Shown piece by piece: positions 56,565 to 64,000 of a DNA stretch of 64,000 nucleotides. Every line of letters starts with the position of its first letter. The first letter of the stretch is position 1. The position numbers and the translations under genes were made by a program. The notes under the pieces are model-generated. The model was not told the origin of the DNA. It saw nothing but the letters and a program-made list of their open reading frames with translations, and searched no databases. Origin of the DNA: an uncultured Anaerolineaceae bacterium (GTDB lineage: Bacteria > Chloroflexota > Limnocylindria > Limnocylindrales > CSP1-4); contig CAZABC010000004.1 in NCBI GenBank assembly GCA_964483405.1, positions 1,329 to 65,328 on the forward strand, written 5' to 3'.

Positions 56565-57818
56565 ATGGCCCACATCCCCGAGGACCCGGCGACGCTCGCC
56601 CGGCTGCGCCGCCGCGCGACCGGCACGCTGGTCGCCGGGGTCGCGCTCGGCAGCACCGGCTACATCGCCGCCGTGACGGTGGCGACGATCGCGGCCGAGG
56701 AGCTGGCCGGATCGTCGGCCTGGGCGGGGGTGCCCGGAGCGGCGGCCGTGCTCGGCGCCGCGGGCGGCTCGATCCTCCTGTCGTGGATCATGGTCCGGGC
56801 CGGGCGCCGCGCAGGCCTCACGGCCGGCTACAGCCTCGGCGCGATCGGAGCCCTCGTCGCGGTCGCGGCGCTCCTCGACGGCTCGTTCGCGCTCCTGCTC
56901 GGCGGCACGGTCCTCATCGGGATCGCCAACGCCGCCTCGAACCTCTCGCGGTATGCGGCGGCCGACCTCGTGCCCCCGGCACGACGGGCGGCGGCCCTCG
57001 GGACGGTCGTCTGGGCGGCGACGGTCGGAGCGGTGGTCGGGCCGAATCTCGTCGCCGGCGCGGGGACCGCCGCCGAAGCGCTCGGCCTGCCGCGGCTGAC
57101 CGGGGCCTACGTCCTCCCGGCGATCTTCGTGACCGCCTCGGCGATCCTGACGTTCGTCCTGCTCCGGCCCGACCCGTATCGCCTCGCCGACCCATCGGCC
57201 CGGCTCGTCTCGTCCGACGGCGAGGGTGACCCGGTCCGGGCGCTCCTCCGCCGGCCGACCGTCGTCATCGCCCTCGTCGCGCTCATCGCGAACCAAGCGG
57301 TGATGGTGCTCGTGATGACGATGACCCCGCTCCACATGATCGAGCACGGGCACGGACTGGCCGCGATCGGGCTCGTCATCAGCGCCCACACGTTCGGCAT
57401 GTTCGCCCTGTCGCCGGTCTCCGGCCGCCTCGCCGACGCGTTCGGGCCGTCGCCGGTCGTCGTGGCTGGGCTCGTCGTCGCCGGGTCCGCGGCGGTCCTC
57501 TCGGCCGCGGCGCCGCCCGACGGCGGCGTCGTCCTCGGACTCGCCCTGTTCCTGCTCGGGTTCGGCTGGAACCTCGGCTACGTCGCGGGCAGCTCGATCC
57601 TCACCCACGGGCTGGCGATCCGCGAGCGGACCCGGCTCCAGGGTGCCGCCGACGCGCTCGTCTGGAGCTCCTCGGCGATCGCCAGCCTCGCGTCGGGACT
57701 CGTCGTCGCGGCCGCGGGGTTCACGGCGCTCGGCCTCCTCGGCGCCGCGCTCGTCGCCGTCCCGGTCTGGCTCGTCGTCGGGCGACGGGCCAGCCTCGAG
57801 GCGGTCAGCCGGACCTGA
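56565..57818 (+). CDS. MFS transporter.
   Basis: 12 TM helices and a typical MFS loop motif. Confidence 0.85.
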   Translation: MAHIPEDPATLARLRRRATGTLVAGVALGSTGYIAAVTVATIAAEELAGSSAWAGVPGAAAVLGAAGGSILLSWIMVRAGRRAGLTAGYSLGAIGALVAVAALLDGSFALLLGGTVLIGIANAASNLSRYAAADLVPPARRAAALGTVVWAATVGAVVGPNLVAGAGTAAEALGLPRLTGAYVLPAIFVTASAILTFVLLRPDPYRLADPSARLVSSDGEGDPVRALLRRPTVVIALVALIANQAVMVLVMTMTPLHMIEHGHGLAAIGLVISAHTFGMFALSPVSGRLADAFGPSPVVVAGLVVAGSAAVLSAAAPPDGGVVLGLALFLLGFGWNLGYVAGSSILTHGLAIRERTRLQGAADALVWSSSAIASLASGLVVAAAGFTALGLLGAALVAVPVWLVVGRRASLEAVSRT

Positions 57819-59079
57819 GCTCGGTCGACAGCCAGGCGGCGATCGCGCGGGCGCAGCCGACGACGTCGTCCATCGGGACGTGCTCGTCGGCGCTGTGGGC
57901 GACCGCGACGTCGCCCGGCCCGAACATCGCCGTCGGCGTCCGGCCCTGGTGGACCAGGAGGCGCATGTCGGCGCCGTACGGCGCGCCGAGCCGGGCCGGC
58001 TCGCGCCCGAGGGTCGACCGGATGGCGGCCGCGAGCCCGGCGACGAGCGGGCCGCCGGGATCGACCCGGGCCGAGCCGAACCGCCCCCCGGTGACCGCGA
58101 CGGTCGCGGGGTGCTCCGCGAGCCACGGGTCGGCCGCACAGGCCGCGTCGATCGCGGCCCGCAGGTCGGCCTCGGCCTCGCCGGCCGTCTGCCCGAGCCG
58201 GACGCCGTAGCGACCCTCGGCCACCACGCGGTCGAGGACGGTCGAGGCCCACTCGCCTCCGGCCACCTTGCCGACGATCGTCGGGTACGGGAGGCCGAGG
58301 GCCGTCATGAGCGGATCAGTCTCGGTGGCGTTGCGGGCGGCCTCGTCGGCCTCGAGGGCGCCGAGGAGGAGGGCCAGCTTGTCGAGCGCCGACACGCCCT
58401 CGCGACGCATCGACGCGTGGGCGGCGCGGCCGGGGACCTCGAGCCGGAAGGTGATCGCGCCGGCGTGGGCGACGATGAGCTCCATCCGGGTAGGCTCGGT
58501 GATGACGGCGCCGTCGCCGACCGAGCCGTCGGGACGGGCGAGCGCCCGGACGGCCGCCAGCATCCCCGCGCCGCCGTCCTCCTCCGACGGGACGAGGGCG
58601 ACGACGATCTCGTCGTCGAGTCCGTCCGTCGGCGCGACCTCGCCGAGCGCCCGGACGGCGCCGAGGATCGACGCGACACCACCCTTCATGTCGCAGGCGC
58701 CGCGCCCGTACAGCCGGCCGTCGCGGACCTCGGCGCCCCACGGGTCGACGGTCCAGGTCGCCGGGTCGCCGACCGGGACGACGTCGAGGTGGCCGACGAG
58801 GACGAGCCGGCGACCGCCCGGCCGGCCGACCCGGCCGACGACGAGGGGCAGGGCCGTGCGAGGCATCTCCTCGCCGGGGAAGTCGGGGTCGGCCCGGATG
58901 ATGTCGGCGTCGACGTCGAACCGCTCCACCCTCGCCCCGGCGGCAGCGAGCAGGTCGGCCGCGAGGTCGGCCGCGGCCCCTTCCCCGCCGGTGATCGACG
59001 GCGTCCGAACGAGCGCGCGGAGGTCGGCTGCGACGGCGGCGGGATCGACCGCCGCCGCGGCCGTGGCCGGGCCGCTCAT
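57805..59079 (-). CDS. M20-family peptidase (ArgE/DapE-like deacylase).
   Basis: LVGHLDVVPVGD and GRGACDMKGG motifs. ATG at 59079 (MSGPATAAA); the remaining upstream ORF is artifact. Confidence 0.85.
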   Translation of the reverse strand: MSGPATAAAAVDPAAVAADLRALVRTPSITGGEGAAADLAADLLAAAGARVERFDVDADIIRADPDFPGEEMPRTALPLVVGRVGRPGGRRLVLVGHLDVVPVGDPATWTVDPWGAEVRDGRLYGRGACDMKGGVASILGAVRALGEVAPTDGLDDEIVVALVPSEEDGGAGMLAAVRALARPDGSVGDGAVITEPTRMELIVAHAGAITFRLEVPGRAAHASMRREGVSALDKLALLLGALEADEAARNATETDPLMTALGLPYPTIVGKVAGGEWASTVLDRVVAEGRYGVRLGQTAGEAEADLRAAIDAACAADPWLAEHPATVAVTGGRFGSARVDPGGPLVAGLAAAIRSTLGREPARLGAPYGADMRLLVHQGRTPTAMFGPGDVAVAHSADEHVPMDDVVGCARAIAAWLSTELRSG

Positions 59080-59945
59080 CCGCGCAGGACCGGCCGGGTC
59101 ATGCAGGTCGGACCGCCCGAGCCGTTGACCCCGACCTCGGTCGCCGGGTACGCATGGATCTCGCAACCGGCGGCCGCGAGCGCCGCGGCGGTCGCCGGGT
59201 TGCCCTCGGCGACGATGACCACGCCCGGCCGGACCGCCAGGACGTTGCAGCCGAGCGTGCCGAACTCGTCGTCGGGGACGTTGATGGTCCGGATGCCGAG
59301 GTCGCCGAGGAGTTCCCACAGACCGACGGGCAGGAGCGGCAGGTAGACCACGGCGAGGTCATCGGCGACCGGGCTGACGACCGAGAGCAGGTGGATCAGC
59401 TCGTCGGCGCCGCGCCAGTACGGGACGTCGAACACGCGGACGTCGCCGCCGACGAGCTCGGCCAGCGCCCGCGCGCCGGTCGTGTTCGTCCGCAGCGTCC
59501 GGCCGATGCAGAACAGGTCCGGGCGGAGCCAGAACGTGTCGCCGCCCTCGACGGTGCCGGGGTCGTCGATCCGGCCGAGCGTCGGGATCCCGCGGGCGCT
59601 CATCCAGGCCTCGATCGCCCGCTCCTCGCCGACCCGGTTCGGCTTGCCGGGGCGGAGCGGGATCGCCCCGCGGTCGGTGACGAGCAGCGGGTCGAACGTA
59701 TAGACGAGGTCCGGCGACGCGGTCTCGGTCCCGAGCTCGTGGACCTCGACGCCGAGCCGGGCGAGGAGGTCGGTGAACGTGTCGTGCTCGCGCTGCGCGA
59801 CGGCGAGGTCGACCGGGTGGAGGAACCCGTGGGCGGGATCGTCGAACGCCCGGCCGAACGCCGGCCCGGGCCGCTTGACGAGGACCGTCCGCAACGGGGC
59901 GGTCATGCTCTGGGCGCCGTACGTCCGGTCGGTCGCGGCGGTCAT
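59076..59945 (-). CDS. Dimethylarginine dimethylaminohydrolase / amidinotransferase-superfamily protein.
   Basis: DDAH-like fold with the C-terminal catalytic Cys region GGPTCMTRP. The stop overlaps the M20 start (ATGA). Confidence 0.8.
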   Translation of the reverse strand: MTAATDRTYGAQSMTAPLRTVLVKRPGPAFGRAFDDPAHGFLHPVDLAVAQREHDTFTDLLARLGVEVHELGTETASPDLVYTFDPLLVTDRGAIPLRPGKPNRVGEERAIEAWMSARGIPTLGRIDDPGTVEGGDTFWLRPDLFCIGRTLRTNTTGARALAELVGGDVRVFDVPYWRGADELIHLLSVVSPVADDLAVVYLPLLPVGLWELLGDLGIRTINVPDDEFGTLGCNVLAVRPGVVIVAEGNPATAAALAAAGCEIHAYPATEVGVNGSGGPTCMTRPVLRG

Positions 59946-60078
59946 CGGGGGCGCCCTCCTCGCGCGTCGGTCGCCGGGCGACGGCCGGGCGACGGGTCCG
60001 CAGTGTAGCCCCGGGTCGACCCCGGCGGCACCATCACCGGGACTTCCCCGGCGCGTCGCGGGCCGCTACTCTCCGACG

Positions 60079-60408
60079 ATGGTCAGGGCGACGGTCGACC
60101 TGCTCCCCGTGATCGTCCCGCTCGACGGCCCGGCCGGTCGGACGGTCGGCGGCGGATGGGGCCCGGCGTTCGAGTCCGGCTCGGCGTATGCGGTCGCGGC
60201 CCGGGTCGGCCGAACGCCGGTCCGGGCGATCGGGTCCGGCGGCGACCGGTCGGAGCCGGCGAGCGATGCCCGGATCGAGCCGCTCCGTCTGCCGACGATG
60301 GCCGACCTGCGCGACCGACGGGCGAGGCTGGCCGACCGGCTCGACGAGCTTCGCGTCGCGCTGGCGCAGACGACGTTCTACGTCACGGACCCCGAGTCCT
60401 GGCGCTGA
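60079..60408 (+). CDS. Hypothetical protein (weak call).
   Basis: About 109 aa: MVRATVDLLPVIVPLDGPAGRTVGGGWGPAFESGSAYAVAARVGRTPVRAIGSGGDRSEPASDARIEPLRLPTMADLRDRRARLADRLDELRVALAQTTFYVTDPESWR. No recognisable family. Confidence 0.25.
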   Translation: MVRATVDLLPVIVPLDGPAGRTVGGGWGPAFESGSAYAVAARVGRTPVRAIGSGGDRSEPASDARIEPLRLPTMADLRDRRARLADRLDELRVALAQTTFYVTDPESWR

Positions 60409-60421
60409 GGCGCCCGCGCGG

Positions 60422-60787
60422 TCAGGGGCAGTCGGCGCTCGAGGACAGCTGGTTGCCGTCCTGATCGACGGCGATGACGGTGAGCGTCCCGTTCGGGTCG
60501 TGCTTGGCGAGGCTGTCCTTGACGTTCGAGCACATGAACAATCCGACGCCGGCACTGCCGAAGCCGTTCACGATGACGAGCGTCACCGTCGTGCCTTCGA
60601 CCGACCCCTCGATCATCGAGGTGCCGAAGGCGAACTGGGCCTCGGCGATCACCTTCTGGGCGTCGGCGCCACCGCCACCCTCGCTCCCGGCCGCGCCACC
60701 GCAGGCGGCGACGATGAGGAGCGCGGCGCTCGCGACGACCGCGAGACGTCCGAGGCGGCGGTCGGTCCGCGGGGCGGCGTGGTCCAT
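60422..60787 (-). CDS. Small lipoprotein (hypothetical).
   Basis: AGGGAG RBS. Signal peptide with lipobox LLIVAACGG, and a 121-aa mature domain with two Cys (FMCSNV...SADCP). Confidence 0.5.
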   Translation of the reverse strand: MDHAAPRTDRRLGRLAVVASAALLIVAACGGAAGSEGGGGADAQKVIAEAQFAFGTSMIEGSVEGTTVTLVIVNGFGSAGVGLFMCSNVKDSLAKHDPNGTLTVIAVDQDGNQLSSSADCP

Positions 60788-60994
60788 ATGTGGCTCCCTG
60801 TCCGACGTCCTGCCGCGCCCGGCACCGGCGGCCTTGGACGTTGGGCGGATGATAGGGGCTCCCATCGCCGAGCGGAAGGGGGTGATCCCGGGCGGTCGTC
60901 CTCGCGTCACGCCGCCGGGCGGACGGGAGTCTCGCCGAGCCGGGCCCCGTCGTCCGTCGTCGGTCCCTACACTCGGACCGTGGACTACCGCCGG

Positions 60995-62125
60995 ATGCCG
61001 ATCGAGATCGAATCGCCCGAGCAGCTCGGCTACGGGCGGATCGCCAACAACCTCGCCGAGAGCTCGGTCGCCGACGCGACGCTCGCCGAGGTCGCCGACG
61101 ACCTCGACCTCGGCTCGCTCGTCCTCCAGTACGGCGATCACGCCGGACACCCGGACCTCCGGGCGGCGATCGCGGCCGACGCCGGCGGCGACCCGGCCGC
61201 CGGCCGGGCAGCGCCCCTCGGGGCCGGCGACGTCCTCCTGGCCCCCGGGGCCGCGGCCGCGCTGTTCATCGTCGCGACGAGCCTGCTCGGTCGCGGCGAC
61301 CGCGTGCTCGTCGTCCGGCCGAACTACGCGACGAACCTCGAGACGCCGAGGGCGATCGGCGCGGTCGTCGACCACCTCGACCTCCGGTTCGAGGACGGCT
61401 GGCGGGTCGACCCGGGGCGGATCGAGGCGCTCCTCCGACCCGACACGCGGCTCATCAGCCTCACGAGCCCCCACAACCCGACCGGCCAGGTCCTCGGGCC
61501 GGCCGAGCTGGCCGACATCGTCGGCCTCGTCGAGCGCCACGGGGGGGCCCGGCTCCTCCTCGACGAGACGTACCGCGACATGACCTACGACCCTCGACTC
61601 CCGTCGGTCGCGGCGCTCTCGGAGCGCGCGATCGCGGTGTCGTCGCTGTCGAAGACCGACGGGCTGCCCGGGATCCGGCTCGGCTGGCTGGCGACCCGCG
61701 ACGGCGACCTCCAGGAGCGGTTCCTCGCGGCGAAGGAGCAGATGCTGATCACCGGCTCGGTCGTCGACGAGGCGATCGGGGCGGCGGCATTCGCGCGGCG
61801 GCCGGAGCGGCTGACCCGGATCCGGGCGGGCATCGACGCCGCGCTGGCGACGACGCGGGCCTGGATCGCCGCCGGGGACGTCTTCGAATGGGTCGAGCCA
61901 CGTGGCGGTGTCGTCGGCTTCCCGCGGGTCCGCCCCGGCGTGCCGGTCGATCCCGACCGGTTCTACCGGATCCTGTTCGAGCGGTACGGGACGATCGTCG
62001 GGCCGGGCCACTGGTTCGACCAGCCGCGGACCCACTTCCGGCTCGGCTATGGCTGGCCGACGCCCGACCGGCTCGCCGCCGGGCTCGCCGCCCTCGACGC
62101 CGCCGCGCGCGACGTCCTCGCCTGA
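60995..62125 (+). CDS. PLP-dependent aminotransferase (class I/II fold).
   Basis: SLSKTDGLPGIRLGW PLP-lysine motif and VVRPNYATN. ATG at 60995 inside an artifact ORF. Confidence 0.85.
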   Translation: MPIEIESPEQLGYGRIANNLAESSVADATLAEVADDLDLGSLVLQYGDHAGHPDLRAAIAADAGGDPAAGRAAPLGAGDVLLAPGAAAALFIVATSLLGRGDRVLVVRPNYATNLETPRAIGAVVDHLDLRFEDGWRVDPGRIEALLRPDTRLISLTSPHNPTGQVLGPAELADIVGLVERHGGARLLLDETYRDMTYDPRLPSVAALSERAIAVSSLSKTDGLPGIRLGWLATRDGDLQERFLAAKEQMLITGSVVDEAIGAAAFARRPERLTRIRAGIDAALATTRAWIAAGDVFEWVEPRGGVVGFPRVRPGVPVDPDRFYRILFERYGTIVGPGHWFDQPRTHFRLGYGWPTPDRLAAGLAALDAAARDVLA

Positions 62126-62128
62126 GCG

Positions 62129-62878
62129 TCAGCGAGCCCAGACGCCGACCGGGGTCCAGACGAGCGGGACGTCGACGAGGATGACCTCGGACAGCGCGGC
62201 CGCGGCGATCCGGAGCTCGGCCTCGTCGAAGACCCTCGCCGCGGCGCCGGTCGCGATGGGCTCGCCCGGGGTGTCGGACGCGTCGCCGAGCGTGGCTCGG
62301 CCCTCGATGAGGTAGACGTACGCCCCGCGGCCCGGCCCGATCGGGTGGCGGACCTCGTCCCCGGCGTCGAGCCGGGCGACGTGGACCGATGCGTCCTGGT
62401 GGACGAAGACCGGGTCGTCGGGGCGGGGGCCGGCGACCCGGAGGAGTCGGCCGGTGCGGTCCTCGATCGTGAACTCGCGCTGCTCGACCGACGGCGTGAG
62501 GTCCGCGGTGTCGGGGAGGATCCAGAACTGGAGGAAGCGCATCGGCGCATCGGCCGAGCCGTTGCGCTCGGAGTGCCACATCCCGGAGCCGAGGGTCGCC
62601 CGCTGGATCGCGCCGGGTCGGAGGACCCCGCCGTTGCCGAGCGAGTCGGCGTGCTCGAACGTCCCCTCGATGACGTAGGTGATGCCCTCGACGTCCCGGT
62701 GCGGGTGGAGCGGCCAGACGGCACCCGGCACGAGCCGGTCGTCGTTGAAGACGCGGAGCGGCCCGAAGCCCATCTGCTCGGGGTCGCGGTAGTCGCCGAA
62801 CGAGAAGTGCCAACGCGCGGCGAACCAGCCGCCGTCGACGGCGTGGATCGAGTCGGGTGGGCGGACGAGGACGGTCAT
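62129..62878 (-). CDS. Pirin-family protein.
   Basis: Cupin motifs HPHRDVEGITYVIEG and MWHSERN. ATG of MTVLVRPPDS. Confidence 0.85.
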   Translation of the reverse strand: MTVLVRPPDSIHAVDGGWFAARWHFSFGDYRDPEQMGFGPLRVFNDDRLVPGAVWPLHPHRDVEGITYVIEGTFEHADSLGNGGVLRPGAIQRATLGSGMWHSERNGSADAPMRFLQFWILPDTADLTPSVEQREFTIEDRTGRLLRVAGPRPDDPVFVHQDASVHVARLDAGDEVRHPIGPGRGAYVYLIEGRATLGDASDTPGEPIATGAAARVFDEAELRIAAAALSEVILVDVPLVWTPVGVWAR

Positions 62879-62957
62879 CGGGATGGCTCGCGATCTGTGG
62901 TCGGGGGTGGGCCCCGGCCCGGGACGCCGGACCGGGGCCTCCTGGTGGAGTGGTCGA

Positions 62958-63539
62958 TCAGGCGCCGGCAGGAGCGGCGGTCGTGCCCTCGGTCGCGCCC
63001 TCGGCGACCGCGACCTCGTCGGCCGCGACGTCGATCTCGATCTTGACCTCGCGCCCGACGAGCCAGCCACCGGCCTCGAGGGCGACGTTCCAGGTCAGGC
63101 CCCAGTCCTCGCGGTCGATCTTCGTCCGCGCCGTGAGCCCCAGGTGGCGGGCGCCGGTCATGCCCGTCGTGATCCCACCGAGCTCGACATCGAACTCGAC
63201 CTCGCGGGTCACGTCGCGGATGGTCAGGTCGCCGACGACCTTCCAGTCGCTCCCGAGCGGAACGACCTTCGTCGCGACGAACCGGATCGACGGGTACTGC
63301 TCCGCGTCGAAGAAGTCGGCCGAGCGGAGGTGGCCGTCGCGCTGGGCGACGCCGGTGTTGAGGCTCGCGCTCCCGACGATGAACTCGCCGCCCGATCGCG
63401 TCGGGTCGGCCTCGTCGAGCCGGAGGGTCCCCTCGACCTCGTGGAACTTGCCACGGACGGTCGAGACCATCATGTGCTTAGCGGAGAAGAGGATGTCGGT
63501 GTGGGCGGGGTCGATCTTCCAGATGCTCAGTGTGCTCAC
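62958..63539 (-). CDS. YceI-family periplasmic/polyisoprenoid-binding protein.
   Basis: WKIDPAHTDILFSAKHMMVSTVRGKF YceI signature. GTG start at 63539. Confidence 0.8.
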   Translation of the reverse strand: MSTLSIWKIDPAHTDILFSAKHMMVSTVRGKFHEVEGTLRLDEADPTRSGGEFIVGSASLNTGVAQRDGHLRSADFFDAEQYPSIRFVATKVVPLGSDWKVVGDLTIRDVTREVEFDVELGGITTGMTGARHLGLTARTKIDREDWGLTWNVALEAGGWLVGREVKIEIDVAADEVAVAEGATEGTTAAPAGA

Positions 63540-63606
63540 GGTGCTCGTCGGTCCTTCTCGGCGTCTGCCGGGGTCGCGGTCCGTCCGGCGGGTCCCGCGT
63601 GATTGA

Positions 63607-63646
63607 TTGACTACGCAACTATATGCCGATATGATTGCGCTGTCAA
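63607..63646 (+). promoter_or_regulatory. Candidate promoter TTGACT-N17-TATGAT embedded in a 12-bp imperfect inverted repeat (TTGACTACGCAA ... TTGCGCTGTCAA).
   Basis: The most AT-rich stretch in the window (63601-63660), between the divergent YceI gene and the MarR-family gene. The inverted repeat overlaps the -35 and -10 elements. Confidence 0.45.
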
Positions 63647-63729
63647 CTACTTGCCGAGGGTTCGCGAGACACGGTACGATCGGCCGAGCGCGGCCCGACC
63701 GAGCCGGCGCCGCCACCCCCGAAGGGACC

Positions 63730-64000
63730 ATGCCGACCACCGACGCGCCCCCGGCCCCCGCCAGGATCGACCCCCGCGACCCGCGGATCGTCGCCTGGCG
63801 CGCCTTCCTCGAAGCGCACGCGCTCGTGGCGCGGCGGCTCGACGATGAGCTGCGGGCCGAGCACGGGCTGTCGCTGGCCGAGTATGGCGCGCTCCTCGTC
63901 CTCGCCGAGGCGCCGGATCGCCGACTGCGGATGAACCAGCTCGCCGATCACGTAATCCTCTCCCGCAGCGGGATCACCCGGCTCATCGATCGGCTCGTGG
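63730..64000 (+). CDS. MarR-family transcriptional regulator (N-terminal part; it runs off the window end).
   Basis: GAAGGGA RBS then ATG. MPTTDAPPAPARIDPRDPRIVAWRAFLEAHALVARRLDDELRAEHGLSLAEYGALLVLAEAPDRRLRMNQLADHVILSRSGITRLIDRLV is a MarR winged helix. Confidence 0.7.
   Translation, partial: MPTTDAPPAPARIDPRDPRIVAWRAFLEAHALVARRLDDELRAEHGLSLAEYGALLVLAEAPDRRLRMNQLADHVILSRSGITRLIDRLV

Noticed and set aside
56072-57229. Plus-strand ORFs 56072-57229 and 56161-56676 overlapping the small Gly-rich ORF and the MFS gene start
   Set aside because: Arg/Pro-rich composition. The minus-strand 56100-56327 ORF and the plus-strand MFS gene (56565) explain the region better.
60150-60185. GTTCGAGTCC tRNA T-loop-like motif
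   Set aside because: The flanking sequence cannot form a T-arm stem or acceptor/anticodon arms. No tRNA structure is supportable.
1-64000. CRISPR arrays, IS elements, integrases, prophage or low-GC island
   Set aside because: No spaced direct repeats, no transposase, integrase or phage structural motifs in any frame, and GC content is uniformly high. The window reads as core chromosome.

Overview
High-GC (about 70%) chromosomal segment with actinobacterial character. Real genes are recognisable by their protein signatures; many long Arg/Pro/Gly-rich ORFs in the track are opposite-frame artifacts of the GC content. I can support about 58 protein-coding genes, almost all housekeeping or metabolic. 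They include dnaG (partial, running off the window start), a SulP transporter, a TetR plus ABC-2 efflux pair, murJ, an LCP protein, an HMA-membrane-cupredoxin fusion, a heme-copper oxidase pair, a DsrE/TusA/persulfide-dioxygenase-rhodanese sulfur operon, tdk, lepB, an HTH-GAF-GGDEF-EAL protein, a Lon-like protease, the DUF3090/SCO1664 cassette, an FGGY kinase, a large Cas4-like-nuclease plus SF1-helicase fusion, and two M20 peptidases. I found no rRNA, tRNA, CRISPR array, transposase or integrase, and no low-GC island, so the window reads as core chromosome rather than a mobile or defence island. The items most worth a second look are: the Dna2/Nhi-like nuclease-helicase with small membrane-protein neighbours; the CuA-less heme-copper oxidase pair; the sulfur-trafficking operon; the Lon-like protease with a Walker-A Lys-to-Arg change; an excisionase-HTH fused to GAF-GGDEF-EAL; an un-tracked small zinc-ribbon ORF; and several perfect palindromic operator candidates (upstream of dnaG, the TetR gene and the MarR gene). 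All coordinates and starts were derived by hand from the ORF track and sequence and are approximate to within a few codons where noted.
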